Shown here: in pieces, positions 26,510 through 34,905 of the stretch
Layout of the letters: every line of letters starts with the position of its first letter
Position numbering within the stretch: the stretch's first letter is position 1
Assembly (NCBI GenBank): GCA_001781105.1
Contig: MFKV01000006.1
Location: 9,032-73,031, forward strand
From: Candidatus Kaiserbacteria bacterium RIFCSPHIGHO2_01_FULL_54_36
GTDB taxonomy: Bacteria > Patescibacteriota > Minisyncoccia > Phycocordibacterales > UBA2100
Length of the DNA stretch: 64,000 bases
Direction: 5' to 3'
Made by a program: the position numbers and the translations under genes
Notes under the pieces: model-generated
What the model saw: only the letters and a program-made list of their open reading frames with translations
What the model was told of the DNA's origin: nothing
Databases searched by the model: none

Positions 26510-26972
26510 ATTTTGAGTATACCACCGTGAGTTTTCCCCACTTCGCTTTGACTTCATTTGACTGGCACCGTAGAGTGGTGGCGGTTGAATAACAGTACAA
26601 GAGTGCGGCGGCAACGTTGGGTCCGGCATTCCCGACAAATTCACATGTAAGGAAGGCAAGCCATGGATCGAGATGATCCCCCAAAGCGTGTCTATGGGAG
26701 CCAGTATGATGGGCGACCTCGTCCAGCACACTCCAGCATTTCGAGGGAAAACCGGGGCCAGATTGGCGGACTTTCGTTCGGTCCGGCGGGGAAAACGCGA
26801 ACCGGTTCCTCGACCGTCACGATTGAGAGTCGTCATGGTCTTGGACGATACAAAGGCGCCGGTTCGTGAACTGACGCCCTGAAATCCAGAGTAAGGCTGC
26901 TCCTCGCAGGAATACCTTGCGCGTTACGAACCGCCCTTCCACCGGCGGTTCGTTTGTTATTATGATGAATGC

Positions 26973-27569
26973 ATGCGCTATCTCATCGGCATTGACGAAG
27001 CGGGGCGGGGGCCGTTGGCGGGGCCCGTGGCAGTGGGAGCGGTGATGGTGCCGCAGGATTTTAGTTTCAATATATTGACGGGGATACGTGATTCGAAGCA
27101 GCTGACGATGCTGCAGCGCGAGGAGTGGTACGAGCGCCTTCGCGCTCTGCGGCGCGAAGGCGCTCTGAATTTTGCGGTCGCTTTTTCTTCAGCCGCCACT
27201 ATCGATCGGCATGGCATCGTGCCCTCTATATATAGAGCACTTTGTAGGGCATTAGAGAAACTCGAGGCAACAGATGTGTGCGAGATCCGCCTAGATGGAG
27301 GGCTGCGCGCACCGGGAAGGTTCAACTTGCAGAAAACAATTATCCGCGGAGATGAATCAGAGCCCGTCATTTCACTTGCATCTATCGCCGCGAAAGTGAT
27401 GCGTGACCGATTGATGGTCCGCCTTGCCAGCAGGTTTCCAGCCTATGCGTTCGATTCGCATAAAGGGTACGGTACGACCCAACATCGCGAAACGATCGCC
27501 CAATTCGGCCTCTCGGAGGTCCACCGTGCGAGCTTTTGTTCTCGCATTCTCCTAGAACCTAGTCCCTAG
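26973..27569 (+). CDS. rnhB: ribonuclease HII
   Basis: MRYLIGIDEAGRGPLAGPVAVGAV…DSK… catalytic motifs. Confidence 0.85.
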   Translation: MRYLIGIDEAGRGPLAGPVAVGAVMVPQDFSFNILTGIRDSKQLTMLQREEWYERLRALRREGALNFAVAFSSAATIDRHGIVPSIYRALCRALEKLEATDVCEIRLDGGLRAPGRFNLQKTIIRGDESEPVISLASIAAKVMRDRLMVRLASRFPAYAFDSHKGYGTTQHRETIAQFGLSEVHRASFCSRILLEPSP

Positions 27570-27656
27570 CACCTAGAACCTTGTCAAACGCGTTGCAAAA
27601 AAGAAGTAGCATCAATCCTTGCCCAACACTCACAAATCACGTATAGTGTGCCGTCT

Positions 27657-27929
27657 ATGGTAGTCCGAATGCGTCGAAATCACTCCCAAACCGCCAAGCG
27701 GCGCTCTCATCATGCGCTGATCGGCGCACAGCTTGCCACGTGTGAATGCGGCACGCTTCGCGTCTCGCACCGCGCATGCCCACAATGCGGTAAATACAAC
27801 GGCAGGGTCGTGATAGACGTCGTCGCTCGCGCGAAGCGCGATCAACGCCGCACGCAGAGGAAGCAAAAAGAATTGCGCGCAAGCGGCCAGAGCACTGAGA
27901 CAAAAGAAAAGGAGGAAGCGAAAGCGTAA
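27657..27929 (+). CDS. rpmF: 50S ribosomal protein L32 with Lys/Glu-rich C-terminal extension
   Basis: MRRNHSQTAKRRSHHAL…C.C…HRACPQCGKYNGRVV matches the L32 zinc-ribbon pattern. A TTGCCC-N17-TATAGT promoter lies just upstream. The start could be 27648, 27657 or 27669. Confidence 0.7.
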   Translation: MVVRMRRNHSQTAKRRSHHALIGAQLATCECGTLRVSHRACPQCGKYNGRVVIDVVARAKRDQRRTQRKQKELRASGQSTETKEKEEAKA

Positions 27930-28019
27930 GCATTCCACATTTCTGGCTATTTTTTCATTTGCTCTTTATGATTGCCGTGTATACTCAGGAAATGTTCATT
28001 GTGGTGAAGTTGTTCTTCT

Positions 28020-28934
28020 ATGGCAAATAGGCACCTCGCACGATCAGTCGTATTACAAGTCCTTTTTGAGCGGGACTCTACGGAAGGGAAATTGAGCAAC
28101 GAGCAGGCGTTCGGCCGCCTTGTCGATTACGGCAAGGAATTCGGCACGCGAGACAGTGACATGCCATTCATGAGGGAACTCCTCCAAACGGCGATCGCCA
28201 AGCAAAAAGAAATAGATGAAGTAATCGTGCGCGCAGCGCCCGAGTGGCCGATAGATCGTATTGCAGCGATCGACCGCAACATCCTGCGGCTCGGGCTCAC
28301 AGAGCTCCTCTTTGCCGATCGCGCGCAGGTACCGGCAAAAGTCGCCATCAACGAAGCCATCGAGCTCGCAAAATCATTCGGAAGCGCCTCGTCGGGCAGG
28401 TTCGTGAACGGCGTCTTAGGCGCTGTCTATGTAGAGCTCGGCGAGCCGGGAAAGAATGAGGGTGGTGCGCGCAAGCAAGGAGGAGAGCGGCTAGCAAAAA
28501 TGCCCACAGAACATCTGGCTGGCGCCGTCGTGTATGCGCGCTCGGAAGGCGAGACGTATCTCGCATTCGTCCACGATATTTTTGGGCACTGGACCATCTC
28601 GAAGGGCAAGATCGAAGAAGGGGAAGATGTCAAAGCGGGCGCAATACGGGAGATACAAGAAGAGATGGGGCTCGATATCAAGATCGTCCAAGAGCTCGGT
28701 GTCAACGAATACATCGCCAACGATTCCAAGGTGGAGGGTGGTAAGAAACGCAAGCGCGTGAGCTACTTCCTCGCCGAATCCCCTTTCACCGAGCTCAAAC
28801 TCGGTTCATCGGGAGGCCTCGATGATGCGCAGTGGTTCCCGCTTTCGGCAGTAGGGGACCTCAATTTCTATGATGATACTCTGAAAATAATTGTGCCGGC
28901 GATCAATGCGCTCGCTCGCGGCGAAAAACGCTAG
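28020..28934 (+). CDS. nusB: NusB antitermination factor fused to a C-terminal Nudix hydrolase domain
   Basis: N-terminal ~140 aa is NusB. C-terminus carries the canonical Nudix box GKIEEGEDVKAGAIREIQEEMGL. Confidence 0.75.
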   Translation: MANRHLARSVVLQVLFERDSTEGKLSNEQAFGRLVDYGKEFGTRDSDMPFMRELLQTAIAKQKEIDEVIVRAAPEWPIDRIAAIDRNILRLGLTELLFADRAQVPAKVAINEAIELAKSFGSASSGRFVNGVLGAVYVELGEPGKNEGGARKQGGERLAKMPTEHLAGAVVYARSEGETYLAFVHDIFGHWTISKGKIEEGEDVKAGAIREIQEEMGLDIKIVQELGVNEYIANDSKVEGGKKRKRVSYFLAESPFTELKLGSSGGLDDAQWFPLSAVGDLNFYDDTLKIIVPAINALARGEKR

Positions 28935-28939
28935 GAGGT

Positions 28940-29221
28940 ATGCCCGGCAGGACAATTTCGAATCGCTTTTACTACGTCTATGTGCTGGAAAGTATGAAGG
29001 ACGCCAAACAATACATCGGATTCACGACTGATCTGCGGAAGCGTATGGATCAACACCAGCAAGGCAAAAGTTTTGCCACAGCCCCGCGACGACCTTTCGT
29101 TTTAGCGTATTATGAAGCCTGTCGGTCCAAAATAGACGCTATGCGTCGAGAAGACTACCTGAAGCATTCAGAAGGTCGTCGCTTTCTTGTAAAACGATTG
29201 AAAGATTATTATGGAAAGTAA
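28940..29221 (+). CDS. GIY-YIG domain nuclease (YhbQ/UPF0213-like, 93 aa)
   Basis: YYVYVLESMKDAKQYIGFTTDLRKRMDQH…R…E..L matches the GIY-YIG catalytic core. Its ATG is the first 3 nt of the left inverted repeat. Confidence 0.65.
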   Translation: MPGRTISNRFYYVYVLESMKDAKQYIGFTTDLRKRMDQHQQGKSFATAPRRPFVLAYYEACRSKIDAMRREDYLKHSEGRRFLVKRLKDYYGK

Positions 29222-29249
29222 TTATTCGAAATTGTACTAGCCGGGTATG
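28940..29249. mobile_element. 310-bp element bounded by ~25-bp imperfect inverted repeats and carrying a GIY-YIG nuclease gene
   Basis: Left end ATGCCCGGCAGGACAATTTCGAAT. Right end ATTCGAAATTGTACTAGCCGGGTAT (reverse-complement ~21/25 identical). The same two ends bound a 141-bp gene-less copy at 1349-1489. Confidence 0.6.
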
Positions 29250-29933
29250 GAATTCGGGACATTCGAGCAAAAGATCGGATACGATTTCAAAGATAAAGGT
29301 TTGCTTCAGCAAGCGTTTACGCATCGCTCGTATCTCAACGAAAATCGCACTTCAGGCGCGGAGCACAATGAACGCTTAGAATTCTTGGGAGACGCGGTCT
29401 TGGAGCTCGTCGTCACGGAATTCTTGTTTGCCAAGTACCCCGACAAACCCGAGGGCGATCTTACCGCCTATCGCGCAGCGCTCGTAAATACGCAGAGCAT
29501 ATCGGACGCTGCGACGAAGCTGGGGATGAACGAATACTTATTGCTCTCGCGCGGGGAAGCGCGCGATACCGGGCGCGCGCGGCAGATCATTTTGGCCAAC
29601 GCATTCGAGGCCCTCATCGGCGCCATATACCTCGATTCAGGCTACGCGGCCTCAAAGGATTTTATAGGGGTACAGCTTTTTCATAAGACTGACGAGGTGG
29701 TCTCGAAGCGCCTGTGGCAGGACGCCAAGAGCCGTTTGCAAGAAATTGCGCAGGAGCAAAAGGGCATTACCCCTACCTATGAAATGGTGAGCCAGACTGG
29801 GCCTGACCACGACAAACTATTCGTCGTTGCGGCCCACATCGGGAGTGAGCGCATAGCGACAGGCGAAGGCCGCTCAAAACAAGAGGCAGAACAAGATGCT
29901 GCGCAGAAAGCGCTTGCAGCGAAGGGGTGGTGA
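29247..29933 (+). CDS. rnc: ribonuclease III
   Basis: RNase III signature ERLEFLGDAVLELVV and a C-terminal dsRBD. Its ATG lies inside the right inverted repeat of the GIY-YIG element. Confidence 0.85.
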   Translation: MEFGTFEQKIGYDFKDKGLLQQAFTHRSYLNENRTSGAEHNERLEFLGDAVLELVVTEFLFAKYPDKPEGDLTAYRAALVNTQSISDAATKLGMNEYLLLSRGEARDTGRARQIILANAFEALIGAIYLDSGYAASKDFIGVQLFHKTDEVVSKRLWQDAKSRLQEIAQEQKGITPTYEMVSQTGPDHDKLFVVAAHIGSERIATGEGRSKQEAEQDAAQKALAAKGW

Positions 29934-30047
29934 GGGCGCTCGGCGGGGGATGCGTCCTCCGGGCACGCGATTTTCCTACTGAAAAATCGCTCGGGCTTCG
30001 CGCCGACGCGCTGCAGAGTCCCTCCGAACGCATCCCCCGCCTCGCTT
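29934..30047 (+). repeat. 115-bp structured repeat, copy 1 (directly after rnc stop)
   Basis: ~96% identical to 34114-34227. Nested hairpins GCGGGGGATGCGTCC…GAACGCATCCCCCGC and GCGATTTT…AAAATCGC. Confidence 0.7.
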
Positions 30048-30512
30048 GAAGTTGGAAAGAAAGTCAACACGTCGCAGCTGCGAAGGGCCTTCCTCAAGGC
30101 CCACCCCGTCCCTTGCTGAGAGTTGAAGAATGTGGAAAAAGACATATGTCCGTACTCACTTTGGTTTGGAAATTCACGTAATCTTTATCTACACCTTGCC
30201 CCTTGCGCCGGGCTGGCAATGGTGGCATTGTGATAGTAGGACTGATCGGTTCTGGTCGGTCCTAAAGGTCCGATAAGGACCTTTTGACTAGGGAGCAAAA
30301 CAATGGCTCGGCATCACGACACCGACTACACTGGTGTACCGCAGTTCGCACGGAGCGGCGTTATGGACGGCATCTTCTGGGTGATGCTTGCCATCGCGCT
30401 GATCGGTCCTGCGGCTGCGGCTGCGTTCAGCTGATCGAGCGAATCATGATGCGGCGGCGGGCTCCCCCCGGGGGGCCCGCCGATCGATTTTATTTTGATA
30501 CAATGAAGCCCA

Positions 30513-32726
30513 ATGTTCCTCAGCCTGAAGTCCATCGAGCTCTCCGGTTTCAAGTCGTTCGGTAAGAAAACCGAGCTCGTCTTCACGTCGCCCATAGCCG
30601 CGATCGTTGGCCCCAACGGCTCAGGCAAATCCAATGTCGCGGAAGGATTCCGTTTCGTTCTGGGCGAGCAATCAATGAAGTCGCTGCGTAGTAAGCGCGG
30701 CGAAGACCTTATCTGGGGCGGCTCGCCTGCACTGCCGCGGATGAATCGCGCGGGAGTGAAAGTGGTTTTTGACAACAGTAAACGCCTTCTCGATCTCGAT
30801 TTTAAAGAAGTTGTGGTGGAGCGTGTCGTGTATCGCGACGGGCAGAACGAGTACTTGTTGAACGGCACTGTCGTGCGGCTCAAGGATGTCATCCGCCTCC
30901 TCGCAGGAGCCAATATCGGCGGCTCGGGCTACCAGATCATCTCCCAAGGCGAGGCGGATAGGATATTGAATGCTCGCCCACGCGAGCGTCGAGAAATGGT
31001 AGAAGACGCGCTGGGACTCAAGCTCTATCAGCACAAAAAAGCCGAGAGCGAGCGCAAGCTAGAGGACGCTCGGAATAATATCGAGAAGACAAAATCGCTT
31101 CGCCGGGAGATCGCGCCACACCTCAATTTCTTGCGCACGCAGGTAGAAAGAATAGAGAAAGCGCGCGAGATGAAGGAGGAGCTCGCCGTGAAGCTCAACG
31201 AATACCTTGCGCGCGAACATGCGTGGATCACCCAAGAGGACGCCCGCCTTCGCCAGGAAGAACAGGTACAGGTAAATGAGTTGAAGGAACTGACCGAATC
31301 TGTTTCCCGCAGCCGTTCGACGACGGCTTCGGCAGGGCAAAGCACGTTGCGCGAGTTGCAAGGTACGTTGTCGGAGCGCGAAGGAAAACTCTCGGAAGCG
31401 CGGCGCGAAAGCGAGAAATTAGGTAGGGAACTGGGTCGCGCGGAAGGTGCCTTGGCAGCCAATACCGTGACGGTGGAGCAGATCGTGCCAGTGCCGCACG
31501 TGCGCCAATTCACGCGCGAGCTCTCGGAGGTGATCGGCGAAGCTGAGCGAGAGAGCGACGTACATACGATCAAGAGCAAGCTCGCTCACATCCGCGGGCG
31601 CATCAAGGCGTTCGTTGAGGGGCTTTCGGGCTTCGCGCCGGAGACCAACGAAGAAGTGCGCCAGCAAGTGGAGCGCCTGACAAAATCACTCGACCGTGTA
31701 CAGGAGGAAGAAAAGGCGCTCGCAGGCGAGCTTGAAGCGCTTCGCAAAGAGATAGCAAAAACGCGCGAGGCCGGGTTTGCGGCCGAGCGCGATCTTCTGG
31801 CGCTCGAATCGCATGTGCGCGAAGCACAAGGCAAGCTCTCGTCGGTGCGGGCCGCACGGAGCGCCATCCAGAGTCTACGGCAGCGATTTGAAGAAGAGGT
31901 GCGCGAGGGCATCGCGCTCATTGGCGAGGCCGTCCACGGGTGGGAGAAGTCGCACGTGCCCGAAGGCGCGCTCCATGAAGATGATAGGACAAAGCAAGAG
32001 AAGCGGCGGCGCGAGATCGAGCGCTTGAAGATCAAGATAGAAGAGTCCGGTATCGGCGGGGGAGACGCGGTCATCAAAGAATTTAATCAGACGAAGGAGC
32101 GCGAGCAATTTCTTGGCAAAGAGCTTGCCGACCTTGAGAGTTCTGTCGAGAAGCTCGAGGACATAATCGCGGAGCTCGAGAAGACGATTGATGCGCGTTT
32201 TACTGAAGGGCTAAAACACATCAACGAAGCCCTTAGAAGTTTTTTCAGCAAACTTTTTGGGGGCGGTTATGTGAAGTTGGAGGTTGAACAGCCCAAACGA
32301 GCCGCGCGCTCAAAGATCGGAGAAGAGGATGAGGGGGATGAATGGGAAGAACGGGAGGAAGAGGATCTCTATGCCGGCCTTTCGATCGATGTCTCACTCC
32401 CCCGCAAGAAAATCCGCGGGCTCGATGTCCTCTCCGGTGGTGAGCGCGCGCTTACCTCCATCGCCCTCATCTTTTCTTTTGTTGCAGTGAATCCCCCACC
32501 GTTCCTTATTTTGGACGAGACAGATGCGGCGCTCGACGAGGCCAATTCAAAGCGCTATGCCGACATGATCAGGGAGCTCGGGGCAAAATCGCAGCTCATC
32601 GTCATCACACACAACCGCGCGACTATGAGTGCCGCTGGCGAGCTCTACGGCGTCACCATGGGGCAGGATGGAGTGTCGAAATTACTGTCAGTCAAATTAG
32701 AGGAGGCGGAGCAGGTTGCCAAGTGA
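30513..32726 (+). CDS. smc: chromosome partition protein Smc (short, 737 aa)
   Basis: Walker A GPNGSGKSN, coiled-coil arms, signature LSGGERALTSIALIF, Walker B ILDETDAALD. Confidence 0.85.
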   Translation: MFLSLKSIELSGFKSFGKKTELVFTSPIAAIVGPNGSGKSNVAEGFRFVLGEQSMKSLRSKRGEDLIWGGSPALPRMNRAGVKVVFDNSKRLLDLDFKEVVVERVVYRDGQNEYLLNGTVVRLKDVIRLLAGANIGGSGYQIISQGEADRILNARPRERREMVEDALGLKLYQHKKAESERKLEDARNNIEKTKSLRREIAPHLNFLRTQVERIEKAREMKEELAVKLNEYLAREHAWITQEDARLRQEEQVQVNELKELTESVSRSRSTTASAGQSTLRELQGTLSEREGKLSEARRESEKLGRELGRAEGALAANTVTVEQIVPVPHVRQFTRELSEVIGEAERESDVHTIKSKLAHIRGRIKAFVEGLSGFAPETNEEVRQQVERLTKSLDRVQEEEKALAGELEALRKEIAKTREAGFAAERDLLALESHVREAQGKLSSVRAARSAIQSLRQRFEEEVREGIALIGEAVHGWEKSHVPEGALHEDDRTKQEKRRREIERLKIKIEESGIGGGDAVIKEFNQTKEREQFLGKELADLESSVEKLEDIIAELEKTIDARFTEGLKHINEALRSFFSKLFGGGYVKLEVEQPKRAARSKIGEEDEGDEWEEREEEDLYAGLSIDVSLPRKKIRGLDVLSGGERALTSIALIFSFVAVNPPPFLILDETDAALDEANSKRYADMIRELGAKSQLIVITHNRATMSAAGELYGVTMGQDGVSKLLSVKLEEAEQVAK

Positions 32727-33179
32727 AGAAGGCCAGTGGTTTCCGGAGAGGAAACGCGACGCTGGCCCTCCTTGGCAAGATTTCAGGCATGGTTTGCCCC
32801 CATGGTTACGGTGCGGACTTCTCGGATTGCCCTTAATGCAGTCTCAATCTCGACGGCATCATGCGCGGTCGTAACCGCAAATTTTGCCGCCGCACGCAAG
32901 TTGCCAGCCCTCGGGAACGACAATATTTGCTCGACGCTCCCAAACTTGCCGAGCGCATACCGTATTCTCCGAACGCCGTTCTTGTCAAAGTCGCCTGTGA
33001 CCGTGACAAGCAATCTTGTACACTGGCTCGTGCTGTCCACTTTACTCACCTCCTTCACTACCCGCATTCAATCAAATATGCAGAAAAGGGCAAACGACAT
33101 TCGCGGGGATGAGGCCGGCCCCGCCATGGCGGGGCCGGCATTGATTTTTGGGGCTTTTTCTAGTAGAGTCTCCGGACAT

Positions 33180-33671
33180 ATGTTGAAAATCAGAATGCAA
33201 CGCACCGGGCGGATCAATACGCCTTCTTACCGCATTGTTGTCGTCGAGCATACCGCGAGCCCTACAGCAGGTAGGTTCGTCGATAAGGTCGGCACCTACG
33301 ACCCGAAGAGCAAGGCGCGCAACCTCAATGTGGAGCGAATCAAGCACTGGATGTCGGTAGGCGCGAAGCCCTCGGCGACCGTCCACAATATGCTTGTTTC
33401 CCTCGGCGTCATTAACGCAAAGAAAATCAACGTCCTTCCCGCCTACAAGGCTCCCGCCGAAGCGGCTGCGGCAGAACAAGAAGCTGAGGCGGCAAAAGCT
33501 GCGGAACAAAAAGCAAAGGAGGAAGCTAAAGCTGCGCACGAGGCTTCGGTAGAAGCGGAGAAAGCACAAAAGGAAGCTGAAGCAGCAGCCCCCGCCCCAG
33601 CAGAGGAGGCACCGAAGGAGGAAACGAAGGCAGAGCCGGAAGCGGTCGCTGCGGAAGCAAAAGCGGAGTAG
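33180..33671 (+). CDS. rpsP: 30S ribosomal protein S16 with Ala/Glu/Lys-rich C-terminal extension
   Basis: MLKIRMQRTGRINTPSYRIVVVEH…GTYDP matches S16. The tail is low-complexity AEAAKAAEQKAKEE. Upstream in-frame ORF sequence (32736-33179) is not protein-like. Confidence 0.8.
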   Translation: MLKIRMQRTGRINTPSYRIVVVEHTASPTAGRFVDKVGTYDPKSKARNLNVERIKHWMSVGAKPSATVHNMLVSLGVINAKKINVLPAYKAPAEAAAAEQEAEAAKAAEQKAKEEAKAAHEASVEAEKAQKEAEAAAPAPAEEAPKEETKAEPEAVAAEAKAE

Positions 33672-33747
33672 TGGTATACCCCATGAGATAGCAAAGCTTT
33701 ATCTCACGGGGTATACTTTTGATGGTATTAGTTAACACATCACAGAT

Positions 33748-34113
33748 ATGGAACAAGATCAACAGTTTCTTGAATACGTAGTTAAAGCTTTGGCGGATCA
33801 TCCCGGCGACGTCAAAATTGCGCGCACAGTGGATGAGATGGGCGTGCTACTCACGCTCTCGGTGCACAAAGACGACATGGGCAAAGTCATCGGCCGCTCG
33901 GGCCAGACTGCAAAAGCGATACGCACGGTACTGCGCGTAGTCGGCATGAAAAATGAGGCACGCGTAAATCTCAAGATCGAGGAGCCAGAGGGAAGCGAGC
34001 GCCTGTCCGGCCAGGGCGGGATGGGAGGCGGCGGAGCGAGCGAGCGACCTTCTGAGCCCTACCAACGCGACACAACCGTGGATGATGTCATCAAGGATCT
34101 GAAAGGGGAGTAG
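33748..34113 (+). CDS. KH-domain RNA-binding protein (YlqC/UPF0109-like)
   Basis: VIGRSGQTAKAIRTVLRVVG has the KH GxxG motif. Conserved position between rpsP and trmD. Confidence 0.7.
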   Translation: MEQDQQFLEYVVKALADHPGDVKIARTVDEMGVLLTLSVHKDDMGKVIGRSGQTAKAIRTVLRVVGMKNEARVNLKIEEPEGSERLSGQGGMGGGGASERPSEPYQRDTTVDDVIKDLKGE

Positions 34114-34227
34114 GGGCGCTCGGCGGGGGATGCTTTCTCCGGGCACGCGATTTTCCTGCTGAAAAATCGCTCGGGCTTCGCGCCGACGCGCTGCAGAGTC
34201 CCTCCGAAAGCATCCCCCGCCTCGCTG
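34114..34227 (+). repeat. 115-bp structured repeat, copy 2 (directly after KH gene stop)
   Basis: Same element as 29934-30047. It differs by a paired G>T / C>A change that preserves the long stem. Confidence 0.7.
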
Positions 34228-34246
34228 GAGAAGAAAAAGAAAAGAT

Positions 34247-34894
34247 ATGCTTCACTTTCATATCGTTACGTTGTTTCCTGAATCCATCGAGCCGTATCTC
34301 AAGAGCTCGATCATTGGCCGCGCGCTCGCGGCGAGGAAAATAAAGATTTCATATTACGACCCTAAGAAGTTCACTCGGGACAAATATGGTCGCGTGGATA
34401 GGCGGCCATATGGCGGCGGACCCGGCATGGTGCTCGAGCCGGATGGAATGTTGCGCGCGGCTGAAAAGGCGGTCGGAAAGAAAAGGGGAGCTGAAAAGAT
34501 ATTTTTTGCTACCGACGGGGTGCTGTTTGACGAAGCGATGGCGAGAAAGCTCTCGAAGAAGAAAGACATTCTATTGATCTGCGGACACTACGAAGGTGTG
34601 GATGCGCGTGTGCAGAAAATATTGAAAGCAAAGAAAGTCTCCGTCGGTCCGTACGTGCTGACCGGCGGCGAGCTTCCAGCAGCTACGGTGATTGATGCCG
34701 TTACCCGCTTCGTTCCGGGAGTTTTAGGCAAAGCCGAATCACTCGAAGCCTCACGCGTATCGAGCCCCGAAGTTTACACGCGTCCGGAGGCCCTCATTTG
34801 GAAGGGTAGGAAATACAAGGTCCCCAAAGTACTCCTCTCCGGCCACCATGCTGAAATCGAGAAGTGGAAAAAGTCCCGAATCTCCGGAGGTTAA
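34247..34894 (+). CDS. trmD: tRNA (guanine37-N1)-methyltransferase
   Basis: TrmD SPOUT motifs (…YGGGPGMVL…, …LICGHYEGVD…). The last codons and stop (ISGG*) are encoded inside a REP-like palindrome. Confidence 0.85.
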   Translation: MLHFHIVTLFPESIEPYLKSSIIGRALAARKIKISYYDPKKFTRDKYGRVDRRPYGGGPGMVLEPDGMLRAAEKAVGKKRGAEKIFFATDGVLFDEAMARKLSKKKDILLICGHYEGVDARVQKILKAKKVSVGPYVLTGGELPAATVIDAVTRFVPGVLGKAESLEASRVSSPEVYTRPEALIWKGRKYKVPKVLLSGHHAEIEKWKKSRISGG

Positions 34895-34905
34895 ACCTCC
34901 GGGGA
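34879..34905. repeat. REP-like palindrome copy 1 (TCTCCGGAGGTTAAACCTCCGGGGA)
   Basis: Inverted repeat read directly. Overlaps the trmD stop and the RAYT stop. Confidence 0.7.

Noticed and set aside
26700-26830. RNase P / SRP / tmRNA motifs in the dnaE-rnhB spacer (GAAAGTCCG, GGCTCCCATAG, AGGAGCAGCC on the minus strand)
   Set aside because: Individual motifs resemble RNase P P4 and SRP helix-8 sequences, but their spacing and pairing partners do not reconstruct either fold. Kept only as an unexplained spacer.
26510-26836. 109-aa N-terminal extension of the dnaE ORF (and similar extensions of tsaD 56364-56612, hsp20 52295-52819, pheT 5825-6013, rpsP 32736-33179)
   Set aside because: Extensions are Arg/Pro-rich and non-protein-like, or overlap the upstream gene. 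Canonical N-termini (MLRADFVHLHTH, MKVLGIETS, MALLKKPG, MKISRAWLQ, MLKIRMQRTG) are present internally.
26663-26882. Gly/Arg-rich small ORFs in the dnaE-rnhB spacer
   Set aside because: Low-complexity composition and overlapping frames. No RBS.
32783-33067. 94-aa minus-strand ORF in the smc-rpsP spacer (MRVVKEVSKVDSTS…)
   Set aside because: Protein-like composition, but no SD, no recognisable domain, and opposite to flanking operon direction. Insufficient support to call a gene; left unannotated.
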